This document shows positions 52,949-64,000 of a stretch of 64,000 bases of DNA, piece after piece (position 1 is the stretch's first letter; each line of letters begins with the position of its first letter). The stretch comes from Chrysomallon squamiferum (taxonomy: Eukaryota; Animalia; Mollusca): the NCBI GenBank assembly GCA_012295275.1, contig CM022677.1, positions 10,912,001 through 10,976,000 on the forward strand, in the 5' to 3' direction. Made by a program: the position numbers and the translations under genes. The notes below the pieces were generated by a model. That model saw nothing but the letters and a program-made list of their open reading frames with translations, did not search any database and was not told the origin of the DNA.

Positions 52949-53149
52949 AAATGTATTTCTTTTATTTATTTTTTATTTATTTTTTATTTGTTTGTCATCC
53001 ATTTTGCAATCCAGTGCCTGCTGTGAGCATTATTAGAGATTTTAAAAATTAACTTTGTAATATGATTTTAAATAATTACATATATTTATCTTGTCAAACA
53101 CTTTATAGTTGGTAAACAATTTAAGCAAATACTTTCAGGTATACATACT

Positions 53150-53426
53150 TTTGATCAATAACCTGCCTTATAACGTAATCGGTATAACATGAATTCATAT
53201 ATAATTTTATATACCTGATCAATAACCTGTCTTATAATGTGATCTGTATAACATTAATTCATAGATAATTTTGTATACTTCATCAATAACTTGCCTTATA
53301 ATGTGATCGGTATGACATTAATTCATATAAAATTCTGTATAACCTGATCAGTAACCTGTCTTATAACATGATCAGTATAACATTAATTCAAAGATAATTT
53401 TCTACACCTGATCAGTAACCTGTCTT
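53150..53426. repeat. Tandem repeat, about 64-bp unit, 4-5 copies
   Basis: tgatcaataacctg(c/t)cttataa..g..atc.gtataacattaattcata recurs at about 53152, 53216, 53280, 53345 and 53408. Confidence 0.9.
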
Positions 53427-53671
53427 GGAATTGCATGGCACAAAATCATGTATTGACAGCAGCAGACAGTATTGACAGAACAACTGAAACACTCACTAAG
53501 CTTTGAGCAGGCAAGTTAATATTTTATTCAATTTCTACATAAAAGAAATTCATTTTAATACTAGATTTCAAGCACAATTAAAATGTTTTTAATTTTAATT
53601 TTTAAATTATTTATTAAAATATGTTTTTATTTATTTATTATATATTTATTTATTTACTTTCACACTTACAG

Positions 53672-55103
53672 TTGATGGCTTCTTGTCTGCATGGACACTT
53701 CAGAGACTGGGTAGTTGTAGTGAATCATGTGGTAGAGGCACTAGAATAACATATGAGATACGAACATGAACAAAACATGTGAAACAAATTTCGTATGTCC
53801 AGATAACAAGCAATAATTAAATCAAATATATTCATAATTTTCTTTTAAACAAATTATGTACAGACTGGTATAAGGTTATTTAACAATCTAGCTGATATAT
53901 GTATCACATTATGGTATATGCATGTTTGGTTTTTTTCTGTAGAAAGATGTACATTAGAAAAATAGTTTTAGTTGCTTGTTTAAAAGGATGTCACTTTATA
54001 TTGCAGAAACAGGGTTTCTTTTTCATTATCTGTATAGTTAGTTACCTTTTAAGATATTAAAAATGGTAAAAAAAACATGCTGTGTATGTCTTAAATAAAA
54101 TATTTCTTCTTTATTTTAGATTTGGTCTGTTTCTGCAGTATTATTAGTGACCAGCTTGAAGTGAGTGTTTATTAAATCAATAAATATAATGCTTGTACTC
54201 TGTCAGACCAGTTGATTTAATATTGTGTTAAGATGCTGTAAAGCTTCTTTTTACAATGTGAATATACAGTCCTAGTTATCTATATTTTTATTTAATTCCT
54301 TTACACATCTTTCCTTTCCTTTTGTTGCTACTTCTCTTTCAGCCTGGAGAACATCTCATCAGACTGATGAACATGCTGGATCCAAAAGGTGTTGATCCTT
54401 TTCTTGAAAAGTACATTAACAAGAAGATCATCAAAACAGGGATTCTTAACAATGTGAAAGGGTAATAACTTAATGAATCAAAAAACACACAAAAACACAC
54501 AATTTACACTCTTATCTTATAGAATAATTAAACAATAAACAGATATTTTGAATTTATTTGAATATTTCATTTACAGAATTTACAACTATTTGAATAATGT
54601 AAAATGCTACTTCCACTATATTTTATGATTAGTTTATTAATGAATATTATATTTTGTTGTAGGATCCTAGACAACAGATTCAAGCTGCCTCAGCCAACAT
54701 TTCAGTTGAAAATGTTGTAAGACACATTTTTTTAATTTTTTTATCCTGTTCATTTTATTTGAAGAATTATAATTTTTTTTGTATTATTATTGTATGTATG
54801 TGTATTTATATGTATTTATTTTATTTTATTATTATAATTTTAATTTAAATTTTGATTTACTAAATAATTAATTAATTAAGTGCTGAAACAACTCTGACAA
54901 AAGAAAAGAATTTAGTTTCTTTTGGTAAGGGTGACAGCATGGAAGATATTGAATCTCAGCTGCAGGAAAAGTTTGACTCGACTGACTAATCTTCTTGTGA
55001 AACTGGAGTTTTTGTTGAAAGAAGCCAGACCAAGACTTAAACTGCCACAAGCTTTACCACCTAGTCACTTAGTCAGATTTTAAAACCTTTAAAAAATATT
55101 CAG
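53672..55103 (+). pseudogene. Multi-exon host gene remnant, possibly death-fold/CARD-like
   Basis: AG/GT-bounded, phase-compatible exons 53672-53710, 54120-54160, 54343-54461 and 54663-54716 splice to DGFLSAWTLQRLDLVCFCSIISDQLEPGEHLIRLMNMLDPKGVDPFLEKYINKKIIKTGILNNVKGILDNRFKLPQPTFQLKM. The next exon (about 54881-55103) has three in-frame stops. Further exon-like pieces occur near 55880, 57108 and 57454. Confidence 0.6.
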
Positions 55104-56003
55104 GTAAATATGTCTGTAAATATGTCTTATTCTATCTGTCTGTTTCTCTTTCTGTCTGCCTCCCTATTTATTTATTTTATTTCTATCTCTCTCAGCTTTT
55201 CTGTGTGTATTCGTTTCCTTCAAAATGTTCAGATAAATATGTTTGTCTTTCTGAGAATCTGTCTATATACCTATGTATCTACTTACTATATACTTATCTG
55301 TTTGTCCTTCTGTATGTCAGTCTGTATCTTTATATCATTTCTTATTTGTTCCTAATTAGCAAGTTTCTTTCTTTTTTCTTTCTTGCTTTTCTTTATGATT
55401 TTTAGCTATTACTGTCAAACTTGTAATATTTTTTGAAGTATAACAAAGAAAGAAAATATTTTATATAATCTTTCTTTAAGTTCTCTTTTGATAATTCTGA
55501 ATATAAATAGCTTAAGAATCAGTTATTTAAATAATTCTAAATTTATTTATAGTTTTAATTTATAAAAATGCTCTTAAAACAAGTTTTTGTAGACAGTTGA
55601 TTATTTTTATTTTTTTATAAATCTTTCTATCTTTCTTCAGTGTATCTATCTAATGTATGTATCTATCTATCATTTATTTATATATTTATTTAATTTCTTA
55701 TTATTTTTAATTTATTTAAAATATAATCATACTGAATTACATAATATTGGATATATAACATTATTAATTTTTTTTATTATTTTATTTAATATTACAACCT
55801 ACTGAATAATTTAGTATTCTATATTTTCATTAATTATTAATGCCTTCATTTTTGTTTATTTATTTATTTTTTTAACTAGGTTTAGAATTTATCAGGAAAC
55901 AGTCTTGGAATCTAGGCTTTCCAAACTGTGTTCTAATACAACAGACACTGAGAGTGCTGTGAGTAAACGTATTTGTAACTGTTAAAAAATAATAATAATA
56001 GTG

Positions 56004-56051
<48 letters not shown>

Positions 56052-56151
56052 CCCAGTAACAAGAAATTTTTTTTATATTAATATATGTATAACTGTGAAA
56101 CACATATTCTTATTTTCTCTTCTTCACCATTTTCTTCTTCTTCTTCTTCAT

Positions 56152-56182
<31 letters not shown>

Positions 56183-56479
56183 TTATTATTATTGTTGTTG
56201 TTGTCATTATTAATATTATTATTGTTATTGTTATTGTTATTTTTATTAGTAGTATCTAATTCTCCAGTAGTATCAGTTAGCTACTAATATTGCTACTTCT
56301 GTTCCTGTCACTGTTATTCTATTACTGAAAAGACTAGTAACAGTGACTTTCAACACACTAAAGTTATTACCAATAATTATATATCTATTATATATCTATG
56401 TATCACTATGTCTCTTACTGCTATTTCTACTGTTACTACTTATACTAAATATGTTAATATTATTTTACTACCATTATTA

Positions 56480-56930
56480 CATCTACTACTGCTACAACTA
56501 CTACTGCTACTACTACTACTACTGTGGTGGCTCCATTTATTTACTACCTCTTCATGTTGTATTTACTACTACTATACAACCTAAACTAATTCTACCACAG
56601 TTACAACTACTAATACTATAACTATTACTACTACTAGTACTATTAATACTAAAACTATTACTACTTCTAGTATTGTTACAACTAATAGCACAACTACGAA
56701 TTCTGCTGCTGCTGTTACTACTAATATTACAACTACTACTACTACTACTACAGCTGCTACTACTGCTACCACTGCTTTTGTTACTAATGTTACTAATACT
56801 AAACCTACTACAACTACTGCTCTGTCAGCTACTACAACCAACTGTACCACTGTTACTACTAGTTCTATTGCTAGTTTTACTACAACTACTACAACAACTA
56901 CTACAGCTGTTCATACTATTACTACTGTTA
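56480..56930. repeat. (ACT)n-rich low-complexity tract
   Basis: Degenerate actact/ctgcta trinucleotides. Similar tracts occur at 7320-7830 and 25070-25390. Confidence 0.85.
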
Positions 56931-57207
56931 AAACATTATGATGTGTTCTACTAACTACATTTTAATAACTAATAAATTACTTTCTGCTTTTGTAGATTCT
57001 ACATATTGTAAATTATTATTATTATTATTATTATTTGTTATTATTTGTTTTTAAGACCAGCTGAGATCACTAAATTTTGATCTCAGTTTTTGTCTGCTGT
57101 TTTCAGTCATCCAAAGATGACTGCTTTTCATCTAAATGATGCAAAATTTAACAACCAAACACTTACTGTTGATGGTTAATTTAGATTTGTATATTATTAT
57201 AAGATAT

Positions 57208-57210
<3 letters not shown>

Positions 57211-57296
<86 letters not shown>
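57211..57296. repeat. (TC)n(TA)n microsatellite (similar TC tracts at 58693-58762 and 59356-59434)
   Basis: Direct inspection. Confidence 0.95.
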
Positions 57297-57299
<3 letters not shown>

Positions 57300-58689
57300 C
57301 TTACACACACACGTGTGTATTTCATTTTAAACTATTTAGATTTGACAAATTTCTCATTATTGTATTTTTTCTTCTTTTTGCTTTTTTCTTTTTCTGCTGA
57401 TACTTAAAATACAGTTGCCATGTTTCTTTATACTATTTTTTCAATTACTTCAGATATTCCATAATCCAAACCAGACACAAGTTCTCTGCAGGAATTAAGT
57501 CTGAACTCCAGTTGTTTATTAGGTATGTGTATTAAGTATTAAAACAAAATTAAAATAATCAGACAACTCTTGGTTGAGACAGTAAAAGTTCAGTCAGTTT
57601 TAGAATATGGATTTAATATTTTATATTGATCCTGAATTCTGCAGTATTTTGCTTAGATTTTTATTCTTGTTTACATACATGAATAACCTGCAAATTTATA
57701 TGTAAAATTAATTAAGGTACAAAACCATGCTTATAATTTACAAGAAAACACAAACATATTTTTCCCTAATATATATATTTTTTTTACTTAGTTTATTACT
57801 TATTATATAAAAATACATGCAGTTTATATTAACAGAAAAAAATATAAAAAAAAGAAAGAAAGAAAAAAAAGAAAAAAGAAAGCCAAACAAAAAGAAGAAT
57901 TAACTGCCATATATAAACATTAATTAAAATAAACTATATTCTAAACTAAAATTATAACATCTTTCAAGTAATTATATAATTATTTTTTATTATTATTTTC
58001 AATTATACAACTATTATTATACATTATGGAGGATTATAATTAATTTTTCTAAATCACTTTTATAACATATATAAATTTATGTAATCTTGACAGATAATTA
58101 TTCAAAATATTTATTAAGTACAAAAAAAAAAATCTAAATTTTTCCAGCACTAAATAAAATTTGGTATTGGTACATTGTGTTATTTTCAGTAACATATTTT
58201 ATATATTTTTTTTTACATATACATGTCTGGTTTAGACAAGTGTCCTCTGTACCCAGCTCCATGTGATAAATAGTAAAAAAGTATACAGTTAATATACCCT
58301 GCTAATCTAATAAATATTTCTCAAGCAAAATATATAAACAAAGCTAGTGAACATAAAAAGCAAGATAATATCTATAAAAAAAAAATTAAAAAATGTTCTG
58401 CTTACAAAAACAAAAATAATAATAATAATAAAAAAATAAATAAATAGAGGCAATTATAAAAAAGAAAAAAAACAAGACAAATAAAACAGAACCAGAATAT
58501 AATTTTTTTCTAAATTAAAAATGGTGACATTAGCAAGTAGTTTCAAACTGAACTTTATGAAATAAATAACATGATGGCAAGAAGAGAGCAAGTTTTTTTT
58601 TTTATTATTCTTGCAGATATTCCTCTCAGTTTATATCAGAGATTAAATTGATGTATTATTCTAATCAGACTATCAGAATATTGGAATGT

Positions 58690-58778
<89 letters not shown>

Positions 58779-59349
58779 TGGTGTTGGTGTTTGTGCGTGT
58801 GTTAAAAATTTACACTTAAAGCTTCCAGGATTAATAGATAAAAAAAATAAAAAAAATATCTGTCATGGAAATAGTGAGTATACAGTTGAGAATTAAACTA
58901 GTATCGGCAAAATTGACAAAATAAAATAAAAAAATGAAATGTCGGACTCGATTCAAATGTTGTTCCACAAAAATGTTTTGTCTCAGCAGGATCAGTAATG
59001 AGCGATTTTTTTTCTTTTCTTTGCTTTTTATTGCAAATAATCAATTTTATTGATCTAATTCAAACAAAGATTCAAATTTTAATATTTTGAACACGACGTC
59101 AGGTGCCCCGAATCATTAGTTTAACCATCTGACTGGTTAAACAATATAGATGTATTTATTTAAAAATGGTACTAATTATCAGTTAAATATTATTTTCTAA
59201 AGAGATACTGTATATTTTGTGTCTTATTATCTTTGCTAACAATAAATATTTTGATCTGATATTGTTATTGTAAAAATATAGTCTAAACACATTTTAGATT
59301 TTCAACGTATCACTCATATTTCTGTTTCACTTGTTCATATTTTTTGTCT

Positions 59350-59437
<88 letters not shown>

Positions 59438-61440
59438 CTTTCAAAATACCATAACATTCTATGACTATCTATTTTAGTAATTTTGCTTGTTAATTGAAAA
59501 ATTATATTTATTTGAGGCAGCTGTGTTTTACTACCAAACTTTGAACATACACTTGTTATTTAGATATTATAATTACTAATGCTGATAGTTTTAAAAATAA
59601 ATATAATTTTTTCAATTTGTATTGTTGGCTTGTTATTCGTTATTAATGCAGTTTCCAGATACATTTGAATGAACTGTTACGAATGCAATAAACATCACTT
59701 CCAAAAACTTTGAACACATTTGTGTATCAGTTTGCCAGAAAATCTTCCGCTTGTGAATGTCACTTGTATAATGAATGTTCACTCGACCTGTCGATTCAAC
59801 AAAAAGCCTGGGAACTACTGAATTAATTATCACGTCGAGAGTGGTTCTTGTTTCACAGAATGATCTGGCGACAGACGTCTAGCGGCAAGGTTCAACACGT
59901 TGCTAAATAACGCGAGTTTCTTTTCTTTCTTATAAAAGCCCAGATAATTTTTTGATATGGCAGAACTGTGGATTAATGTGACAGACAACAATATTTCTAT
60001 TCATCTGTATTGAATGTTCAGTGCTAGTGCTAATACAGTTTTTGAGAATAGTATTTATAATTTTCATTTCGGTTATTATTAATCTTATATTCAGTCGTTT
60101 CAGAAAAACATTTGGTTAAATAAGTGCACACTTCAACATCAACTCTATCTCTAAAAATGTATCCTTTTTCTGAGAACTTCATAATAATTATTGTAAACAC
60201 TCATGTGAAAACAACTGTGATTTCTTCAAGTGAGGATAAGGTAAAACCTCTTAACCCACTTGATCGCTGACTGTAAATCATAAAACAAAATACCTGAATT
60301 GATATAAGGAATATGTGTTTTATTAGTTTGCGTACATTGCAATAAAAATATTGAGTCCTTTTTTCACATTCGCAGTTTACAAAAGATACTTTACATTTAT
60401 ATTCACAAAATAAACTTAAATAGGATAATATTTTCTTTAGTGTATACAAATATTTAAGTTGCAGTAAAATTGCAGTAAAATTACGCCTTTTTATTATACA
60501 ATTTAGTATTAGAAAGTAAAATATCACGTTACTTTTAATAAAATGAACGGTTCGTATCTTATCTCACGTTAGTTGCACAAAGTTCTGCTGTATATTCATA
60601 CAGTTCTTTTTATAATATTGATAATTCAAAAAGAACACCCGCTGTATTTTCCAAAACAATGTGTTAATATTACCGCCGCACCTCTGTTGAGAAACTAATA
60701 ACATCTAATACAGATAGTGACTGAGGTGGTAAAAAAGTTAATCCTAGTTTTTCAGTGAAACATGTTTCTGGTGTTTGTAATTTGTCACATTAGATGCGCC
60801 CTCTTTAGTTCTCGATATATTTTTGACGTCACATACAAAGTTATTGTTATTTATAAAAAAACAAAACAAAAAAACAACTACATTATAACACTGAAGCTCC
60901 ATCTATATTTCTGAATATAAACAAGTGAAATCATACCTGTAATTTTCAGTATAATTTGTCATTATAGCACCTCAGATTGTATTGATAATTATATATTGAT
61001 TTTCTTTTTCTAGACAGGTATGTATTGAAAAGGTGAGATTACATTGTTAGATAATAGCAAATAATTAATTATATGTTAACTCATATTCATCTTGATATTT
61101 CTAGTTGAGAAGTACAGTGAATATTGAGAAATAAAAATATCCATACCAGATAAAACGATATTTCTTTAGCAGCTGTATTAATGTGATATTTCTCAACGGA
61201 GTTTGTGTTGTTTACTACATTAAGACAGAATAATTAGTAATCAGCAAAACTAACGTAGTGTTATTGTTAAGAAAATACACTATTTACACTGATAATTTTA
61301 CGGTGCTTAATTTTTGCACATCATAACTGTCTAACTAGTATTACTTGAGCCACAGAATATACTGAATGGTATCCTGAAAGATGACAGTGGATTCTTCAAT
61401 AGTCCAGTCAGGCTGCACGAGGCACTTCATGTGATCCATA

Positions 61441-61504
<64 letters not shown>

Positions 61505-61969
61505 TCTTTTCTTTTTTCTGAAGACATATCCAAAATCAAATTTATTCGTGTAAACAGCGGTATCCTTAATTCAAACTATCACTTTATTCTTACTTGTTTA
61601 TAATTATGTGATGTTACATAAAGTATTCGTTTAAATAGCAGTATCCTTAATTAAAACTATCTTCTTATTTTATGATTATGTGATGTTATATGATTTATAG
61701 TAAAATGCGCTCTTTTTTATAAAATAAATTGATACCTTTGTATACATAATGGAATATCATTTAAGTTTTATTTTATTTTTTAATAGTAATAATAATAATA
61801 ATTTTAAAAATTAAATTAAATTCTATATTACGCTCTATATTTCCCAAAATACAGGTATTCTCTATAATCGATGTTCTTACTTGAAATTATCATTTTAATA
61901 TAAAGTGATATAAAATTTATGACGTCAATGTTGCGCCTTCTGACGTGTTCTGCTTCTAGACGGTAAGTA

Positions 61970-63010
61970 TCAGGTGATTCGCCTGCTCAGAAAGTATGAG
62001 GAATGATTCATAAAAAGCGCTAAAGAATAATGAGAAGGACGAAAGCTAGAAATAACGCCGCTACGACGGCAACGATGGTGATATTAATAGAAATGTAATA
62101 ATACATTAAAGAATAGGATTTGAACTCTAAAAATGTATTTTTAAATATTATCAGTATATTTTAATACAGATGGGCACGGTCAGAAAATAAGAATAACAGC
62201 GAATAAAAAACGAAAAGGGATAATGAGGAGTTCACCAATAACATTAGCAACAACGCCGGAATGATGGCAATGAAGCCGATATTAATAGAAATATTAATAA
62301 AATACTTTAATATAGAATGCGCACGTTACAAAATAAGAATAACAGCGAATAAAAAGCGAAAAAGAATAGTGAAGTGTACACCAAGATGTTAAGAACAATG
62401 CTGGAACGATGGCAATGATGGCTTCATTAATAGAAAGAGTAATGATTTTTTTAGTGTAGGAAGTAACACTGATTGCAATAGTTAATAAAAGGCAAAATAA
62501 TAAGGTGAAATACACCGAGAGCATTAAGAACAATTCCGTAACGACGGTCATGATGGTGTATTAAAAGAGATAACAATAACATATTTTTGTATAGGTGATG
62601 CGTCCGCTCAGAAAGAATGAGGAATAATTAGTGAAAAGCGCTAAATAATATCCAGAATATATTCTAATATATGATCTGCGCACTAAGATGGTAAGAATAA
62701 TATAAAGAGTAAGAGAATAATGAAAAACACCAAAATCTTTAGGAATAACCAGTTTACGACGGCAACGACGGTGACATTAATAGAAATCGTATTCATATTT
62801 TTAACGTGAGCTGTGGACACTAAGAAAGTGTGAAAAATAGTTAATGAAAAGGAAAATAAAGAGGAGTACACCCAGAATGTTGAGAACAACGTCGTTATGG
62901 CGGCGACATTAATATAAATTACAACAATATATTTTAATAGGTGATGTGCCCGCTGAGAAAGTTTGAGGAATAATTAGTAAAAAGCTTTAAAGAATAATGA
63001 GAAGTATGAA
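61970..63010. repeat. Degenerate tandem repeat, about 130-150-bp unit (another copy at 63480-63660; inverted at 12880-13175 and 16930-17275)
   Basis: Recurrent acggcaacga(t/c)ggtga.attaatagaaa..gcgc(a/c)cg.tcagaaa..aagaataa. Confidence 0.75.
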
Positions 63011-64000
63011 TAATAGTTAATAAAAAAAAAAAAAAGATTGTGAGAATTAAGTGAAATATGGCAAACGCGGAGGCACACTCCATCGTTTCTGATCATGATC
63101 CGAAGGTCAGCGAGTAGAACGTGAAAAGTCTACTCAGCAACCGAACAGAATCAAGAATTATCTTAAACAGCAAGACTCTGCGCTTTTATTCTTTCATAAT
63201 ACTAATTATGTATTTCAATATATATTAATTCCATAAATATCTCATAAATAAAATGTTTGCATAGTACGGACTTATCAAGGGTACAACACTGAAATAATTG
63301 TTTCGAGCTACAAAAATTAAAATATTTGACAAATAATAATAATAACAACAACAACAATAATAATAATCATAATCATAAAATCAACAAATGTTATTCAGTG
63401 TTAGTACTAAATAATAATTTTCCTTAAACGTTTTTCTTTCGCGTTCGATCTGAATAATTATATAAAATTATTCACTTCGGACGTTGAAAACAACGCTGTT
63501 ACGTTGGTAATCACGGCGACATTAATAGACATATTAATAATATAGGATGTACACACTGAGATGGAAAGAATAATAGCTGATAAAAAGAGAAAAAGAATAA
63601 TGATAAATACACCTAGAACATTAGGAACAACCCCTTTCCGACGGCAACGACGGCAACTCTACTGTTCATACAGATGTTTAACCGTTACATGCATAAATGA
63701 ATATCTCTAACAGTCATATATTTTATTTTATTTATTATTATTGTTATTATAAATATTCGGTGCGTGTTTTCTCTCTTTAACTTTCAAACCTGGCTACGCC
63801 TCTGATGGGTGCTGAGGATATAAAATAGACTTAATTGTATAGTCTACATGTTCATAACTTGAAACCCTGTACTTACGTTTTACTAAGTCTCATACGCCAG
63901 TCGTGAAATACAGTTTAATTAGTGAAGACAGAAAATGATGCTGCCCGACTGAAATAACAATGTAAAGACAAATTCAGGTAATTGTTTATTTTTTATTTAT

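Larger units (their letters stand above)
47310..52950. mobile_element. Endogenous parvoviral element (densovirus-like EVE), rearranged and multi-copy
   Basis: Contains a parvovirus-type capsid ORF (+), SF3 helicase motifs A/B/B'/C (-), repeated hairpin termini and a repeated promoter. The left junction at about 47310 interrupts a host repeat whose uninterrupted paralog lies at about 12040-12130. Confidence 0.92.

Noticed and set aside
56343-56954. Mucin-like Thr-rich or Leu/Val-rich ORFs
   Set aside because: They come from an (ACT)n low-complexity tract. Similar tracts lie in intron-like positions in the paralogs.

Overview
AT-rich, microsatellite-dense eukaryotic DNA, most likely from an invertebrate, with a 200-N scaffold gap at 33641-33840. 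I found no intact host gene, rRNA, tRNA or CRISPR array. (1) An endogenous parvoviral (densovirus-like) element lies at about 47310-52950. It holds a frameshifted capsid (VP) gene on +, a broken SF3-helicase NS1 on -, four copies of a hairpin telomere in both flip and flop isomers, three copies of a CRE/E-box/TATA promoter and two diverged copies of an unknown leader ORF. The pieces suggest an unusual capsid-before-replicase layout with a duplicated promoter. (2) An inverted duplication with about 8-kb arms (25735-33640 / 34342-42361) is centred on the gap and may be an assembly artefact. Each arm carries a PHD-finger transposase remnant. (3) Decayed multi-exon gene copies, possibly death-fold/CARD-like, sit in segmental duplications. 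(4) Many micro- and minisatellites are present. All alignments and translations were done by eye.
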